Part shown: positions 1-12,762 of the stretch, one piece after another | How the letters are laid out: the number at the start of each line of letters is the position of its first letter | Numbering within the stretch: the stretch's first letter is position 1 | Source: Eledone cirrhosa | Lineage: Eukaryota | Length of the DNA: 64,000 nucleotides | Reading direction: 5' to 3' | Assembly (NCBI GenBank): GCA_964016885.1 | Contig: OZ024742.1 | Location: 133,300,001 to 133,364,000 of the forward strand | The notes under the pieces: model-generated | Told to the model about the DNA's origin: nothing | Databases searched by the model: none | What the model saw: only the letters and a program-made list of their open reading frames with translations | Position numbers and translations under genes: made by a program

Positions 1-701
<701 letters not shown>

Positions 702-901
702 NNNNNNNNNNNNNNNNNNNNNNNNNNNNNNNNNNNNNNNNNNNNNNNNNNNNNNNNNNNNNNNNNNNNNNNNNNNNNNNNNNNNNNNNNNNNNNNNNNN
801 NNNNNNNNNNNNNNNNNNNNNNNNNNNNNNNNNNNNNNNNNNNNNNNNNNNNNNNNNNNNNNNNNNNNNNNNNNNNNNNNNNNNNNNNNNNNNNNNNNNN
901 N
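702..901. other. Assembly gap (200 N)
   Basis: Run of N. Confidence 1.
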
Positions 902-1409
902 CACAATTAAATACACATAAATAAAAACATATACACGCGCATACATATGTCCCAGCAAATCCCACGGAAATATACGCTTGCTCACACACATAAGCTAATA
1001 CACACTAACAAATGCACACTCTTGAAATAAATGAAAAGACAACTATAATCAAATCCAAAAATTAATGAAATCCGATATATCAATTCATTTAGAAGAAAGC
1101 CAAATTGTTGAAAATATTAATTAATATATCACAAACAACAGCCTCAAACTTTTCTCTAAATAATAACAATAAATGAAATTAAGAGATAGACGTCGTTTCT
1201 TCTGACGAGAAAATAAGATAAATTTCCTAGACAAATAATTAAGGATAGTAGCAAAGATTTACTTCACACACGTCTATTATCAACTCATTAGTATTAGAAG
1301 AAAGGAACGTTAACAACATGCATATATGTTCGTAGGTATTAAATATTTTCACGCACGCACACATAAATATATACATATACCCGTATATCCCCCCCTCTCT
1401 ATATATACA

Positions 1410-1452
<43 letters not shown>

Positions 1453-1696
1453 ATTTTGAGTATATGTTGGTTGTATAGTAACTCCAACAATAACAACACT
1501 TAGAATGAGGAATGTTCTAACAACTGACCAATGAGAGGAGAGGAGGCCCTTTGACACTGAAATTTGTTTGTTTGAATTCATATGATTCCAGTTCCTCAGT
1601 GAAATAACAACCCGACCAGGAACTGGGCATATCAGAGTATTGACAATATTATACACCTCAACAACATATGTACTTGTCTATACCACACTAATTCGG

Positions 1697-1751
1697 ACTG
1701 CCTGAAGAGGTCACAGCCAAAGATGGCTGTCACTGAAATATATATAGCAGT
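1697..1751 (+). ncRNA. Minimal type-I hammerhead ribozyme in a ~350 bp insert (1451-1800) between (TA)n tracts
   Basis: ACTGC-CTGAAGA-[GGTcACAGCCA aaga TGGCTGTcACT]-GAAA-TATATA-TA-GCAGT; helix I ACTGC/GCAGT; palindromic loop 3; AATAAA at 1752-1757. Confidence 0.88.
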
Positions 1752-1796
1752 AATAAACGAAGCTAAATTTTAAACATTTTACTTTTTATTTAACTT

Positions 1797-1874
<78 letters not shown>

Positions 1875-1884
1875 ATATATTTAT

Positions 1885-1998
<114 letters not shown>

Positions 1999-2061
1999 TA
2001 ATATAATATATGTGTAAATACGCACAGTAAATAACTCTGTATTTTATATATATATATATAT

Positions 2062-2135
<74 letters not shown>

Positions 2136-2935
2136 GAAAGAAGAAAATTGCTTATTGTAATCCAGTTCGTGGTTAAGTTAGCCAGTGTCTTGAGTTCGAA
2201 GAATAAGTTACTCAACAATAAAGTCGAAAGTTCAATTTATTGCAACCATAGACTTAAAGAAAAATGTTCGCACTACAAGTGCAAATCAAACACTTCACCT
2301 CCTGCTACCAACTGACAAACTGCATATATTTACACTTTCTACCTTCTTATTGAATCAAACCCCATTAATTACCCACAGTAACCAATGCTTATGTCCCTCT
2401 CCGCCTTATACTCCCTTTTACTTTTTTCGTTTTCTTCTTTTCTCCTCTCCCTTTTGTTGTTCTCTTTTCTTTTCTTCTTTTTTCTCCTCCCCTTTTATAT
2501 ATATATATGTATCTCTCTATCTCTCTCCCTCTCTCTCTCTCTGTCTATCTCTCTCTCTCTCTCTTTCTCCCTCCCACTATAAACAATTTAATTCCCTTTA
2601 ACTCCCTACACTGTAAATTGACAATATCATGTCTACAAATCAAAACTGGTCGAGGAATCCTTCCATCTTTAACCTACCCTCCCCGTTTGTCCCTCTAAAT
2701 CCTAATTATTCTCCCCCTTCCCCTCTCTCTATACTAGTAAATACTATTCCAAAAAAGGTTTTTTATTATATTAAGAACCTTTTACAAGTAACTTATTCAT
2801 TATTTTGAAAATTTGGAGTTATTATCGAGTGGCTGCTATTGGCAGTAGAGCGATTTAAGATTGCCCTTACCAATGAAGCGGTCGTAAATACCTGGATAAA
2901 ATCCTTTTTCAATGCTTACCTGTGGTTTCTCTTTT

Positions 2936-3035
<100 letters not shown>

Positions 3036-3237
3036 GTAATAATAATAAATTTGAAGACTAAAATCCAAAGCGGGCTCGATAAGGATAATTATATGTCTAC
3101 GAGATATAAATATATATCTCTATTGAACCAACTTATGCAGCTGCATATGCAAATGAGATTAATCACCTCATTTACACAGACGAGAAAAAGTATATAATCT
3201 CAGGTGTCTTCTAGTCCAGCAGTCACAAGCGGTGGGA

Positions 3238-3290
3238 GGGACCGTCCTGACGAAGACCAGTTATGCCTGAAATGCATAGACGGTTGTCCC
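3238..3290 (+). ncRNA. Minimal type-I hammerhead ribozyme (helix II weak)
   Basis: ACCGTC-CTGACGA-agaccagttatgcct-GAAA-TGCA-TA-GACGGT; 6-bp helix I extendable with GGG/CCC; palindromic TGCA loop 3. Confidence 0.75.
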
Positions 3291-3398
3291 CTTGCTTCTG
3301 CTGGACATCACCAGAGAGCGTTAACCCCCTGGTGTTTGCATAGCTACGGCTTCCTAAAACTGTATTTCTTTGGAAATACGAAATATTTATACATAATG

Positions 3399-3433
<35 letters not shown>

Positions 3434-3439
3434 TCAAGC

Positions 3440-3970
3440 AAATATAGTGAGAGAGGTATTGAGAGTAAACCAGATATTGTGAGAGAGGGGTAGATAATTA
3501 ACGAGATATAGTCAGAGAGGGTAGAGAGTCAAGCTAATAAAGTAAGTGATGGATTGAGAGTAAACCAGATATAGTGAGACAGGGGTAGAGAGTAATCCAG
3601 ATATGGTGAGAGAGGGGTTGAGAATAAACCAGACATGTTGAGAGAGGGGTAGAGAGTCAAGCGAATATAATGAGGGATTGGGAGTAAACCAGATATAAAG
3701 AGAGGTGGTAGAGATCAAACCAGATATAGTGAGAGAGGTGTAGAGAGTAAAACTGATACTCTCTCACTATATCTAGTTTACTCACTACCTCTCTGACACT
3801 ATATCTGGTTGTCTCTCTATCCCTATCTCAATATATCTGGTTTACTCTCCACCCCTCTTTCAATATACCTGGTTTGCTCTCTACCCCTCCCTCATTACAT
3901 CCCTCGTTATATCGAGTTTACTATTAACACCTATCTCGCTATATCTGGTTTACTATCTAGCCATCTCTCT
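3440..3970. repeat. Foldback ~32-bp minisatellite (about 10 forward units, then 6-7 inverted units)
   Basis: Unit ~GAGAGAGGGGTAGAGAGTAAACCAGATATAGT at 3440-3755, then its reverse complement at 3760-3970. Confidence 0.9.
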
Positions 3971-3984
3971 CTACATATATATAT

Positions 3985-4213
3985 AAATTCTAAAGTCTGT
4001 CTTAAGGCAGAAAGCTCATTTGGCCGGTGCTTATCCCAGTTCAATAGAGTGAAGCGACTGAGATTACAAGACACCCCGCTAGACGGGACGCCAATCCATC
4101 GCAGAGTTAAAGCCCCAGCTATTGTTAGTACTCATTGTCACCTGTGTATACTGGAGCAACGTGAAATGTAGTGTTTTGCTCAATAACACAACACACAACC
4201 CAGGAATCGAACC
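3985..4213 (-). mobile_element. tRNA-derived SINE, family 2 (head truncated)
   Basis: Reverse-complement match to the 41345-41610 copy (B-box GGTTCGATTCC; CTGCGATGGA..GGCGTCCCGTC block). Confidence 0.8.
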
Positions 4214-4248
4214 CATATATATATCCACACACACACACGCGCATACAT

Positions 4249-4353
<105 letters not shown>

Positions 4354-7127
4354 CATACATACAATATAGAGGGGAGAATACAAGATAGAATTTAATGTTT
4401 TCTTCAAAGGTATTTAAAATGATCTCAAGAGTTAATGATAGCCCTGATTATTTTCTATACCTTTACCGTTTAATCCTAAATGGCTAAGTCCTTCCGAAGT
4501 TTAGGTATTTCAAACACTCTCAAATAGAAACCAGTTTTGATCCTCTGTATAGCCATGTCATATCACAGCCAAGTTTAATGCCACCAGCATCTGCAGAACT
4601 AGCATCACTATAATCACATCTAGCCTAAACACCAGAATCACGTTGCCAACACCACTATATCACCACGAATACGACGACGACGATCATCAAACACCCTCCC
4701 ACCCACCACCACCACCACCACCACCACTATATCCATCAACACGAATATCTGCTAACCCAACACTATCGCCACAACAAATACCTCCACCCTCAACAACAAC
4801 AAAAACAACATCATTTGACCTGAATTTAAGTATATCAGTGAGACTAATTATTCGCTTGGCCTCCTAAAATCAATATCCGACCCGACCGCCACCACAAAAT
4901 AATATCCGCTTGTATTGAGAGTTGAAGAAAGCAGTGGGTGATATAGGCCATTTCACCGAACAATGTTGACAGTGCACTAACCTTTCCTCTTCAATGAAAT
5001 TAAACACATACAAGATTTACTAAGCCCACACGAAACTTGAATGCGTAACACACTAGATTATGGGTCCCAAATCAGAGAACACTTTGGCATGACAAACATA
5101 CATCGTATAATGCAGCCCAAAATGTCTCTTAAACTAAGGTCACTAATCAACAGATACCAAAGCCTGTCACATATACATGTTGTCTCATTGCTTTTTCTAC
5201 TAATGCTAGTGTTACTCCTACCCAACAGATCTTTCGGTTTCATGACATGTATACTCATGTCCCAGCGACTGATACGGTTTTCCTTCTTTCCACACCCATT
5301 CATGTCCTCTCAATACGTATTGTATTTGAATTTCACCAATAATAATAAATCCGGCAGATGTCAACATAAGGTGCTTCGAAGAGTTACAGAGACATTGCAA
5401 TGCTTATTTGCTCATCCAAATCCTAGACAAATAAATCAAAATCAAAATGTGGTTGAAAGTTGTGAAAATGACTATAAGGAAAATCAAAATAACTTTCAAT
5501 AATACAGATGTGGTTTGCTAGAAAATAGTAGTTTTATCGACAGAACACTAGTTTATATTTGCTTTCTAGAATGGTGTACCTAGATAATCAAAACTACCAC
5601 AGTAACAAATGAAGTCAGGCGCTGCATTACGCATATGTCTTGTGAAGATCTGGGCCGTAGTTTAGAATTAGAAATTGGGTTAGTGATAGAGTATAAATGT
5701 AAAATCCGGTTCACGACATTTGGTGAAATGATCTGCTCGTGACATTTCAATCACTGACGGATAGAAAAAGAAAACTTTGTGCGAGAGCAATTTATACTTG
5801 AATGTTTTCTTATACATTATATACTTAACTTCGTTCTACCATTTATGAATTGTAACTCTGTTCTTGACAGTATTTCTTCTCATTACAAAAGAGCTCTTAC
5901 TGCACAACAAATAAACTATGGAAACGAAGTTTTAAATGAAGGAACGAAGGGTGGAAAGAACGAAATATTCACCCAGGCAGCCAAACTTGCAAGCATTCAA
6001 CTTACGTTATAACCAATCAAAATCAGAGCCAACGAACTTGTCAATAAACCGGTGTGATACGTTAAAAGTATACGTCGTCAGATTCTATAGAATTAGATCA
6101 TGATTATTTCAAATCTGCCCCTTCCACCTGATACATTTTAATATTCCTATCGTATATAGGTGATGGTTTGCCACTCTACATTTAGCACAATCCAACAACA
6201 AAATTTACTCAATACTCCAGACAAATACAACATATTAGTTATTGAATATTGCACTATGTTTATGAAAATGTCATGTAGTTTTGAATGTGTTGCAAGGATA
6301 GCAATTGTTTAACTGTTTTCATTTATTGATATCAGGGGAAAAGCAAAATTGACATGAAATCCTTCACATTATATGGGCTTCTAGAAACAAATATACAGAC
6401 ACATACAATTTCAATCATATTCGCCCAACACACATGATTATAGGGTCGAAAGAGTTCCATATCTTTGTTTGCGAATGTGTGTGTTTGGGTATATTTGCTT
6501 TAACACTTTTAGTTATTTGAAAATTTTATATTCGATCAAATATCTATTCATATATCATGAATTATATAACAATTGTTAGTCATTTGTAACTTTATATTCC
6601 GATATAAGATTGACCAAAAGGTATATTCCTCCGTTAGCTATATATATGACGGCTATTGCCTGCAGCAACTGTGAACAAATGATAAATTACATTATTAAAT
6701 TAAAGTTCATTGGTTATATGAAGGTCGTGATATTGAAATTGAACAGAGGCACACAGACACACACACACTCACACACTCACAAACATATATATATACATAT
6801 ATTTAAAGAAACAGCGTAAACACGTAGCCGATCCAACGGGGTTTTACGAAGCACTGAGCGGCTAAACTTAATACAAAGAGTGTTATGCTTATGCGAGGAG
6901 ATGTTATAATATAACATATATAATAGGGTGAAGACTGTTGGAGATGGTAAAAAAAGTTGCCATCGGCCACTACTTGGAAACGAATGTCGTATCTCCCAGG
7001 GCCGATGGCATCTTCTTTCGACGTCTAGAAGCTATTTTATAGTATCTCCGTACATAATCATGCCACACTTTACACACACACACACACTGTGTACAAGAAC
7101 TCAGCGGCCAGGCAGTATCTCATTAGA

Positions 7128-7205
<78 letters not shown>

Positions 7206-7207
<2 letters not shown>

Positions 7208-9447
7208 CGGGCTCGCCTCTACCTTAAAAAAGATCAAGAATAGCACTGGAATTATTGTACCAGCGGATAAAACTGGAAACCTATATAATTTAGAGTACAA
7301 AACCTACAACAAATGCATTACAAACGATATCTCTAAAATATACAAAACATCAACACGAGAAAACCTAGCACACATAAATAAACAGGCGAAATCAATAATG
7401 ACTGAACTGAGTATTGACGACAGGACTTTTCTCTACAACCCTAGGACACCGAGAATATCCATTAAAGACCTTATACCGGACTTCCAGTCAAAACTACCGG
7501 TCAGGCTCATAGCCCCCTCCAAATCGGACCTTGGTAGACTTAGCAAATCAATCATTGACGGAATCTTACCTGAACTTAAGATTAGAACTAAACTCAGCCT
7601 ATGGTCTTGTACAAAGGAGGTAATAGACTGGTTTTGTGCCATTGAAACTAAGTCGAATGTTCGATTAGTCCAATTGGACATTACGAACTACTACGCATCT
7701 ATATCCCCAATCATCCTTTACAAGGCACTGATCTCAGCCATGAACAGATCAAGCCTCACTAGAAGAGAAGTAGACATAATAATAACAGCTAGGAAAACTT
7801 TACTAGAATTCGACGGTAGACTTTGGGAACGACAGAATAGACCAGATAACTTTGACATCACCATGGGATCGACTGACTCGGCACAGGTTACAGATGTAGT
7901 AGGCATATACCTCCTAAACATATTAACGGACGAGATCCCCTCCTTGGGCGGTGGCTTATACCGGGATGATGCCCTACTAATGACCCGTGGACTCAATAAC
8001 AGCCAACTGAATAGAATACACAAACGACTTAGGTACATCTTTAAGACCCAAGGTTTAGCAGTAGAAATTGAACCTAACAATAGGACAGTTAACTTCTTAG
8101 ACGTCACCCTAGAATTAGACTCAGGCCTCTACCGTCCATACCACAAACCTAATGAAAATCTTAGATACGTCAATAGACACTCCAACCACCCTAAGAGCAT
8201 AATTAACTGTATAGATAAAAGCGTCTCCAACAGAGTGTCCACACTGTCGGCTAATGAAAACATCTTCAAGCAGCACGCAGAATACTATGACTCCGTACTT
8301 ATAAACGCTGGTTATACTGAGAAGATTTCTTACGTCGACCCAAATAGAACCGTAACACAGCTAAACATAGCAGGACCCTTAGAAACGAACTTAGAAGAAA
8401 CCTCCACACATAGGATACACCATAACCTTAGACGCCCCCTAGCCGGCAGCGCAGACAGCACCACACATAACTGTCTAGGAGATAAAGCCATACTCTCCAG
8501 CCCCAATAACAATTCCGACTATCGCACACGTTTGCGTACCAATAGAGACAAGGGACATAACGCCAATAGATTACCTGGAACCTATTTGAAACATACGCCT
8601 GACCAAAACACACACAATCTCACTAAACAACGCATAAAGTGAAGTAGACCTGTCACGTGGTATAAACCCCCCCCCCTATTCTATACACGTCGCCACTAAC
8701 ATACCGGGAACCATTTTCAGGGCTCTCGAACAATCTTTTCCACACACACACAAATACCACAATCTCTTCAATAAACACACCGTAAAATTCTCTTTCTCCA
8801 CAGCACCAAACCTAGGCCACACAATAGCACACAATAATAGGGCAAAAATACAAAAACACATGTTTTCCCCTCAACAAACCACCACCACAACCCAGAACCA
8901 AACCGCACACACAACACAAAACAACAACACACACACCACACCAACACCGCACGACACCAACCGCCACCGTTGCACCGCACCGGTTACACCCAAATGCAAC
9001 TGCAAAAAACGAGACGAATGCCCACTAAACGGGCAGTGCCTCGTTAAGAATATTGTTTACCGGTGCGATGTCACAGCCGGCAATAAGGAGTACTCATATA
9101 TAGGTGCGACATCCACTACGTTTAAGGAACGCTGGTATAACCACAGAAGCTCCTTCAAACATAGATCGAAACGACCCCAAACAAAACTGGCCGATCTGAT
9201 CTGGGACCTCAAGGACCGGAATATTGAACCCCGGATTTCGTGGTCAGTAAAAAGACGCATGGCATACATCTCCAGTGACAGAAACCACTGCAGATTATGC
9301 CTAGCTGAGGCGGCGGAAATAATTAAACTTGATTCCGCCATAAACTATAGGTCGGACATAATTGTCAATTGCAGACACACTAGGATGCACACCTTTTCTG
9401 CACAAACTTTCGCGGGAGGACCACGCACTAACCATGACCCACCATAA
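7206..9447 (+). pseudogene. PLE reverse transcriptase + C-terminal GIY-YIG endonuclease, broken by one stop and one frameshift
   Basis: Frame open from 7206: VPADKTGNLY, QLDITNYYASI, ITMGSTDSAQVTD, GLYRDD, VNFLDVTL, YHKPN..SNHP. TGA at 8640, then +1 shift in the C10 run (8667-8676, W-Y-(N)-P-P motif). Then CNCKKRDECPLNGQC, IVYRC..YIG..FKERWYNH, CRLC, CRH. Confidence 0.95.
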
Positions 9448-9750
9448 TAATAACCACAGCTGCCCCGTATCACCATCGCCCATCTCAACGAACTTTAATT
9501 ATAATCTAACTTCACTTTATCTTATTTCATTGCATTGAATTTAACCATATGTAAGCCCGTATTTTGTATATCATGCCGCATACATAACCCACACCAAAAA
9601 TCACACTAACCATGACACCATATTAATAACCACCTATACCCCGTCTCAACACCGCCCACCTCAATGAACTTATTGTATTGTACTCCATGTAACCATTTCT
9701 AAGCCCGCATTTGTATATCATGCCGCACACATCACCATCACCACCACCAA
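9427..9750 (+). repeat. Diverged ~175-bp tandem duplication at the start of the PLE 3' UTR
   Basis: CACTAACCATGAC...AAGCCCG..TTTGTATATCATGCCGCA occurs twice (from about 9427 and 9604). Confidence 0.8.
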
Positions 9751-10703
9751 AATTCACATCAACATACACACCTCATCGTTGCAACATTGTATTAAATCGG
9801 TATCCTATGATACGTTCTACCTTGCAATCCACAATGACCTTGTAAATACAATGTCGATCATATCACACCATCGCCACACCACACATCGTCATATGCCTAC
9901 CATACACGCCTACAACCTCATCCCCCCATGTTCCCTCTATCTACCCTAACCTACAACCCCATCGCTAAATTCGACCCTGTAATTGTACTGTCGCACGCAC
10001 ACACAACCACCGCCACCACTAGATACATCCACATACTTCAACAATCATTATCATTAACATCATCAACACATATCATCCCTCGCTCCCAGATCGACTGTAT
10101 TATATATCCCCCACCCCCCGTCTACCTACCATATAACACACCGTAACCTCTGATCATGTAATCATCTTGTCGAACATATCACCCCAGCACCACCACCATC
10201 ACCATGTCCACAATACACATCGCCGTACGTCCATAAACATTCTCAGCCGCGTTCCCTATGTCACCTTTTAACCGGTATTCGATCCGGTATATATATTGTT
10301 GTCCCTCACAACTCCACCACCACCACCACCACAAAACACAACTCCATACTTCATCAACACGGACAACACATACCTCCACTCCCCAACCAACAATAGTGTG
10401 TGTGTCTGTGTGTAAGTATTTTTACACGTAGGGGCGTTTAAGTGTGCGTGCGTGTACGCATACTTATATGTATGTATGTGTGTGTGTGTGTATGTGAACA
10501 CATGTGTATGCATATATCTATATGTGTGTATGTATATATCTGTATATATATATGTACGTGTATGCGTATGTGTATGTGTATGTACGTGTGTGTATGTGTA
10601 CGTTTACATATATGTATATGGGTGAATCTGACTGTATGTGTAGGTGAGCTCATATATGTGCATGTATGTGTATGTGTGCGTGTATGTGTGTGTTGTCTGT
10701 ACA

Positions 10704-10797
<94 letters not shown>

Positions 10798-11834
10798 AGT
10801 ATACGTGTGTGTGAGTGTGTATGTGTATATTTTGCATACATGAGTGTGAGTCCATGTGCCCATACCCATATGTATGTATGTGTATGTATATATGTAAAAC
10901 ACCTTCTACATTGCCTCTCACCTTCCCCCCATCTCTGTCGTTTGCCACCCCCACCGATAATCCCCCACTCTCCATATTCGTGTCCGCATGCCCGCATGCA
11001 CATACATGTGTGTACATATACATATGGCTGTGTATGAGCGTGTGTCGATATGTGTGGGCAAGGATGTGCGTATATGTCTTATGTTGTGTGCGTTTATACA
11101 ACAATATATGTGCACATATATACATATATGTGTGTGCGTATACGTATATACAAAGTATCTGTCAGACAAAGAGCGTCTAGCTATGTATCTATGTAAGGAC
11201 CTTGATGCCACCATTACATCCACCACACCACCACAAACGCCACTACCATAGACAACGGCACCACTACCACACCCCACCCACACGCCAACCCGTCTACTGA
11301 CAATCAGCTAACCTCACACCACAGCGCATCCCACTAAATAACCCTAACCACCAATTATCATCACATCCACCCCCACATACACTACACGCCAGGCCAACCC
11401 ACCACCACCACACCACAGCCCACCTCATCCACCGACCGTCACCAACATCTCACCATCATACCCACCCCCAAATACACTACAGGCCAGTACATCGCCTTGA
11501 TCCTTCCCACCAATCAAAACAACTCATTTTGTCAAACTCTTGAAACTCTGACTTTACCACATAGCATGTATTTCATTTTCTTATAGCATTTTAAGAGGGT
11601 CCGTCGAGCTGCCGATTATTGAGTCGGGTAGGATCGATATAGATCGAACCTTGAGCTGACCAGTGGGGAAACACGCGTCACCTATCAACAAATGCAATGA
11701 AGGAATAATCAATCGTCCTTTTTATTATTTCTATATTTTACACTCTGTATAGCTCTACACATCATCACAGAAGTGAACCTAAACATCGAGTGCTCACCCG
11801 GGTGAACCTGCAGTAACTCCTAGTTACACCCACT

Positions 11835-11876
<42 letters not shown>

Positions 11877-11924
11877 GTGTGCATGTGTGTGTGTATAAGT
11901 GTGTATTTCAGTGTTTGTGAGTAC

Positions 11925-12207
11925 TTACTGAACGGGTTGAGCCGGCTTCTTCCCTTGTCCTGACGGCATCCCGAACCATGGCAGCCCACGCACGACGTTC
12001 ACGGCCTAGGTCACTGGAGAGAGCGAGCCAAATACGGTTCCTTCGGCGCAGACCGAATACCTGCGGACCTGAGAGTTCGGAGAGGTCCTCCTTGATCGTC
12101 GTTGCACAGGTCTTCAGCTGCCCGCCAACGCGCTTGTGCCAGTTAGGGAGTGGAGGTGGGAGGAGAACATCGCGGATCAGCTCACCCTCAGGGCGTGGGG
12201 CCGTGTG
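11925..12207 (-). mobile_element. RTE-clade LINE 3' fragment
   Basis: Minus frame reads HTAPRPEGELIRDVLLPPPLPNWHKRVGGQLKTCATTIKEDLSELSGPQVFGLRRRNRIWLALSSDLGRERRAWAAMVRDAVRTREEAGSTR; GC-rich relative to flanks; GTAAGTA tail remnant. Confidence 0.85.
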
Positions 12208-12314
12208 AATAGTGAAGTTTTAAATCAACATATTTATACACTAGTCCTACAAACTATAGAGTGCTACTTATCCGATATTTACATTACTTTATTGTGCTAC
12301 AATAAAACTCACCT

Positions 12315-12319
<5 letters not shown>
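12204..12319 (-). mobile_element. 5' half of the ~270-bp HHR mini-element (family of 24188-24456)
   Basis: TGTGAATAGTGAAGTTTTAAATCAACAT...AGTCCTACAAACT.TAGAGTGCT...CAATAAAACTCACCTCCTA matches 24320-24456 and 27690-27960. Confidence 0.85.
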
Positions 12320-12365
<46 letters not shown>

Positions 12366-12368
<3 letters not shown>

Positions 12369-12741
12369 AAAATGGGGAGAAAAATACTACTGGTAGCACA
12401 TGGATAACATGTAATAAAATAAGTCCCTCATCAGTGATTTGCCGACGATCATAGATATTTCATTGCATTAAAAATCATATACCTCACGTCGGTGCAATAA
12501 TAACTAAATTAAGTTATTAGAACAATTAAAACGCGTAAAGCGAGTGAGACAGGAAAACAACAAAGAGTAGAGCCAACCGTAGAGGAAGGAAACAAGCTTC
12601 ATAGTTATTCTGTTAGCGTAAGCTAGGTGAATATATGAGCGCTTAGAAAAAAGACCTTTCGCAAACGAATGCAATGTAAGAAAGAGAGAAATTGCTTTCG
12701 TTACGAACGGGGTGAAGTGAGGAGAGGAGAAACAGTGAGTG
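12366..12741 (-). repeat. Inverted, diverged partial copy of the 514-bp unit
   Basis: Reverse complement of the unit 3' part; identical over unit positions 12868-12992, with substitutions outside that block. Confidence 0.93.
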
Positions 12742-12762
12742 TATACATATATATATATATAT

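Larger units (their letters stand above)
7206..11836 (+). mobile_element. 5'-truncated Penelope-like element (Hydra-type) inserted in (TA)n, with a long C/A-rich 3' region
   Basis: RT+GIY-YIG ORF at 7206-9447; terminal ~400 bp (11440-11836) recurs at 51665-52331; (TA)n on both sides. That the distal part belongs to the same element is inferred. Confidence 0.75.

Noticed and set aside
5041-5502. 153-aa ORF
   Set aside because: No recognisable motif in the frames examined and no convincing splice context.
6938-6998. GAAA-CGAatgTCG-TA-TCTCC pairing with upstream GGAGA
   Set aside because: Only the 3' half of an HHR; no recognisable CUGANGA. Similar half-motifs near 17249-17285, 43430-43495, 59550 and 61237 were also left uncalled.
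8640-8642. In-frame TGA as possible selenocysteine (known in some Naiad PLEs)
   Set aside because: It falls in an Arg-rich motif (RIK*SR versus RNRSR in family A), so CGA-to-TGA decay is simpler. A frameshift follows ~30 nt later and the domain order is RT-EN, not Naiad-like.
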